From the IMG/VR virus record IMGVR_UViG_2609460346_000008: DNA of 35,868 nt. The stretch is one strand, 5' to 3'. Shown piece by piece: positions 33,847-35,868 of the stretch. This DNA comes from a virus. Its lineage: Duplodnaviria; Heunggongvirae; Uroviricota; Caudoviricetes. Numbering within the stretch: the first letter of the stretch is position 1; each line of letters opens with the position of its first letter. The notes beneath the pieces are model-generated. The model saw only the letters and a program-made list of their open reading frames with translations. It was not told the origin of the DNA and made no database searches. The position numbers and the translations under genes were made by a program.

Positions 33847-34417
33847 GCCATTACAACTCCCGCCACCGCTTGAGGGTGATATCAGTCTCAGGACGCTGGG
33901 AAGACTGGCAGGGCGGCTGGATAACATCGACCTGAGCGTACTGATGGTCTTTCTCGTCGATATCGTCGACAGTTCTGCGCTGCCATGGCTGGGCGAGCAG
34001 TTCTCACTGTCTGGCGATGGCTGGGAGCTGGCGGAATCGGACGATGTTCGCCGCATGCTTATAAAAGCAGCCATCGAACTACACCGGTATAAAGGGACGC
34101 CGTGGTCAATCCGGGAAGTTATCCGCCGTTTTGGCTTTGGTGAAGTGGATCTGATTGAAGGCACAGGTCGTCTCAGTTACGACGGCAATCGCAGCTATAA
34201 CGGACTGTTTGTTCATGGAGATACAGCCGCCTGGGCGGTTTATCGCGTTATTCTGAAACAGCCCATTACTAACGATCAGGCCGCGATGCTGCGTCAGACG
34301 CTCGCTGCATTTGCACCGGCCCGCTGCCATCTGGCCAGCCTGGAGTATCAGTCTGTGGCCATTCGCTATAACAATACCGCCATCCATGATGGCAGTTATA
34401 ACCACGGGAGCAGTTGA
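33839..34417 (+). CDS. Tail protein I (P2 gpI-like)
   Basis: Start at the ATG at 33839 (MTEPLQL...) with GGAG 6 nt upstream (track starts at the GTG at 33827); between the J-like and fibre genes. Confidence 0.65.
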   Translation: MTEPLQLPPPLEGDISLRTLGRLAGRLDNIDLSVLMVFLVDIVDSSALPWLGEQFSLSGDGWELAESDDVRRMLIKAAIELHRYKGTPWSIREVIRRFGFGEVDLIEGTGRLSYDGNRSYNGLFVHGDTAAWAVYRVILKQPITNDQAAMLRQTLAAFAPARCHLASLEYQSVAIRYNNTAIHDGSYNHGSS

Positions 34418-34419
34418 TT

Positions 34420-35868
34420 ATGGGAAACCTGAATGAAACAGAAAAGTGGGAAGAAAATATCTATCAACTGGAGACATCAGATCCGGTTCTGGGTGGTGCT
34501 GACGGGATATCAAATCGAGCCCCCCGGCAACTGGCAAACAGGACGAAATGGCTGAAGAAAAAAACGGAGGAAGCCGCACAGTCACTGGCTGAACACGTAC
34601 GTTCCCGTAACCACCCGGACGCGACACTGACAGCTAAGGGGTTCACCCAACTGAGCAGTGCCACCAACAGCACCTCTGAAACGCTGGCCGCCACACCAAA
34701 AGCGGTCAAGGCTGCATACGACCTGGCAGCCGGCAAGGCGCCTGCCAGCCACACTCACCCGTGGAGTCAGATAACGGGAGTGCCTGCGGCTTCACTGACG
34801 GCAAAAGGCACCGTACAACTGAGCAGCGCCACGGACAGTCAATCAGAAACTGAGGCTGCCACGCCGAAGGCTGTGAAAATCGCGTATGATCTGGCCCGGG
34901 GAAAATACACAGCCCAGGATGCAACAACGACCCGTAAAGGGATCGTACAACTGAGCAGTGCCATCAACAACACGTCTGAAACGCTGGCCGCCACACCGAA
35001 AGCGGTCAAGGCTGCATACGACCTGGCAGCCGGCAAGGCGCCTGCCAGCCACACTCACCCGTGGAGTCAGATAACGGGAGTGCCTGCGGCTTCACTGACG
35101 GCAAAAGGCACCGTACAACTGAGCAGCGCCACGGACAGTCAATCAGAAACTGAGGCTGCCACGCCGAAGGCGGTCAAGGCTGCATACGACCTTGCAGCCG
35201 GCAAGGCGCCCGTCAGCCACACTCACCCGTGGAGTCAGATAACGGGAGTGCCTGCTGCCTCGCTGACGGCAAAAGGCACCGTACAATTGAGCAGTGCCAT
35301 CAACAGCACGTCTGAAATACTGGCCGCCACACCGAAAGCGGTCAAGGCTGCATACGACCTTGCAGCCGGCAAGGCGCCCGTCAGCCACACTCACCCGTGG
35401 AGTCAGATAACGGGAGTGCCTGCTGCCTCGCTGACGGCAAAAGGCACCGTACAATTGAGCAGTGCCATCAACAGCACGTCTGAAGTGCTGGCCGCTACAC
35501 CGAAAGCTGTCAAGGCTGCATACGATCTGGCAAACGGAAAACAACCGGCAGATGCCACGCTCACTGCTCTGGCAGGACTTTCCACTGCAGCAGATCGGTT
35601 GCCTTATTTTACCGGAGCAGACCGAGCAGCGCTGGCAACCCTTACAGCTATTGGTCGCGCTATTATCGCTAAGGGCAGTATAAAAGATGTCCTCAATTAC
35701 CTTGGTTTGGGGGAAGGCTCTGCATTGCCTGTTGGTGTACCGGTTCCGTGGCCCACCGCCACACCGCCAGAAGGCTGGTTAAAGTGCGACGGGCGCGCCT
35801 TTACAAAAGAACAATATCCTGTTCTGGCCAGAGCCTACCCGACCCTCCGTCTTCCCGATTTACGCGGT
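34420..35868 (+). CDS. Tail fibre protein, 3'-truncated by the window end
   Basis: Open frame from the ATG at 34420 (GGGAG 9 nt upstream) to the last base of the window with no stop, which is why it is absent from the track; about 56-aa tail-fibre repeats (TAKGTVQLSSA...ATPKAVKAAYDLA...SHTHPWSQITGVPAASL); C-terminal visible part PVPWP...GWLKCDGRAF...YP.L...YP resembles conserved fibre segments. Confidence 0.8.
   Translation, partial: MGNLNETEKWEENIYQLETSDPVLGGADGISNRAPRQLANRTKWLKKKTEEAAQSLAEHVRSRNHPDATLTAKGFTQLSSATNSTSETLAATPKAVKAAYDLAAGKAPASHTHPWSQITGVPAASLTAKGTVQLSSATDSQSETEAATPKAVKIAYDLARGKYTAQDATTTRKGIVQLSSAINNTSETLAATPKAVKAAYDLAAGKAPASHTHPWSQITGVPAASLTAKGTVQLSSATDSQSETEAATPKAVKAAYDLAAGKAPVSHTHPWSQITGVPAASLTAKGTVQLSSAINSTSEILAATPKAVKAAYDLAAGKAPVSHTHPWSQITGVPAASLTAKGTVQLSSAINSTSEVLAATPKAVKAAYDLANGKQPADATLTALAGLSTAADRLPYFTGADRAALATLTAIGRAIIAKGSIKDVLNYLGLGEGSALPVGVPVPWPTATPPEGWLKCDGRAFTKEQYPVLARAYPTLRLPDLRG
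34620..35530 (+). repeat. Tandem repeat array (about 168-bp units) inside the tail fibre gene, including a near-identical 190-bp duplication 300 bp apart
   Basis: 34681-34871 and 34981-35171 are nearly identical (one mismatch noted); 168-bp periodicity at 35221 versus 35389; accounts for the shadow ORFs on the minus strand here. Confidence 0.85.

Noticed and set aside
28131-35530. Possible CRISPR array suggested by regular direct repeats
   Set aside because: The repeats are 168-261 bp long, in-frame and protein-coding inside the tape measure and fibre genes, with no short unique spacers and no leader or cas genes.
34464-35585. Several minus-strand ORFs (34464-34754, 34839-35054, 35143-35544, 35403-35585)
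   Set aside because: Reverse-strand images of the tail fibre repeat units; the plus-strand frame is open from 34420 to the window end with an RBS and recognisable fibre motifs.
1-35868. Integrase/attachment site, tRNA or rRNA genes
   Set aside because: No tyrosine or serine recombinase-like ORF and no tRNA-like cloverleaf candidates were seen; the element carries a DDE transposase instead, consistent with transposition-based integration.

Overview
Almost the whole window is one transposable (Mu/BcepMu-like) prophage in a bipartite, divergent layout; no tyrosine/serine integrase, tRNA, rRNA or CRISPR array was seen. All family assignments are from reading the translations by eye; no database search was run. 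(1) Early arm on the minus strand, about 9522 down to 913: Ner-like regulator, winged-helix protein, two unknowns, a DDE (D,D-35-E) transposase, an AAA+ transposition ATPase, a Gam/Ku-like protein, a run of small proteins (zinc-ribbon, MazG-like, DUF2786-like, membrane peptides), GemA-like and a Mor/C-family activator, ending in a strong terminator at 836-867. (2) Immunity region: a visibly A+T-rich XRE-type repressor gene (9616-9972, +) divergent from ner, with an 18-bp perfect palindrome operator between them. (3) A minus-strand accessory module (10089-12366) between the repressor and the lysis cassette: an orphan Dam-type N6-adenine methyltransferase, a 71-aa ORF, a 133-aa ORF and a 242-aa P-loop protein with an unrecognisable C-terminal domain. 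This is my best candidate for an undescribed accessory or defence function. (4) Late arm on the plus strand from 12497 to the window end: lysis cassette (membrane protein, lytic transglycosylase, nested i/o-spanins), Mu-like terminase/portal/F/G/protease-scaffold/major head genes, sheath and tube, frameshift-type tail chaperone, a 1070-aa tape measure with three perfect-period 261-bp tandem repeats, P2-like U/X/D/V/W/J/I baseplate genes and a repeat-rich tail fibre gene truncated by the window end. A 19-bp motif (TTAA-N5-TTTAAWATC) recurs about 30-55 bp upstream of four late transcription units and is probably the activator-dependent late promoter element. A membrane protein gene (166-798) sits beyond the early terminator and is a second moron candidate. 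Prophage ends cannot be placed from this window.
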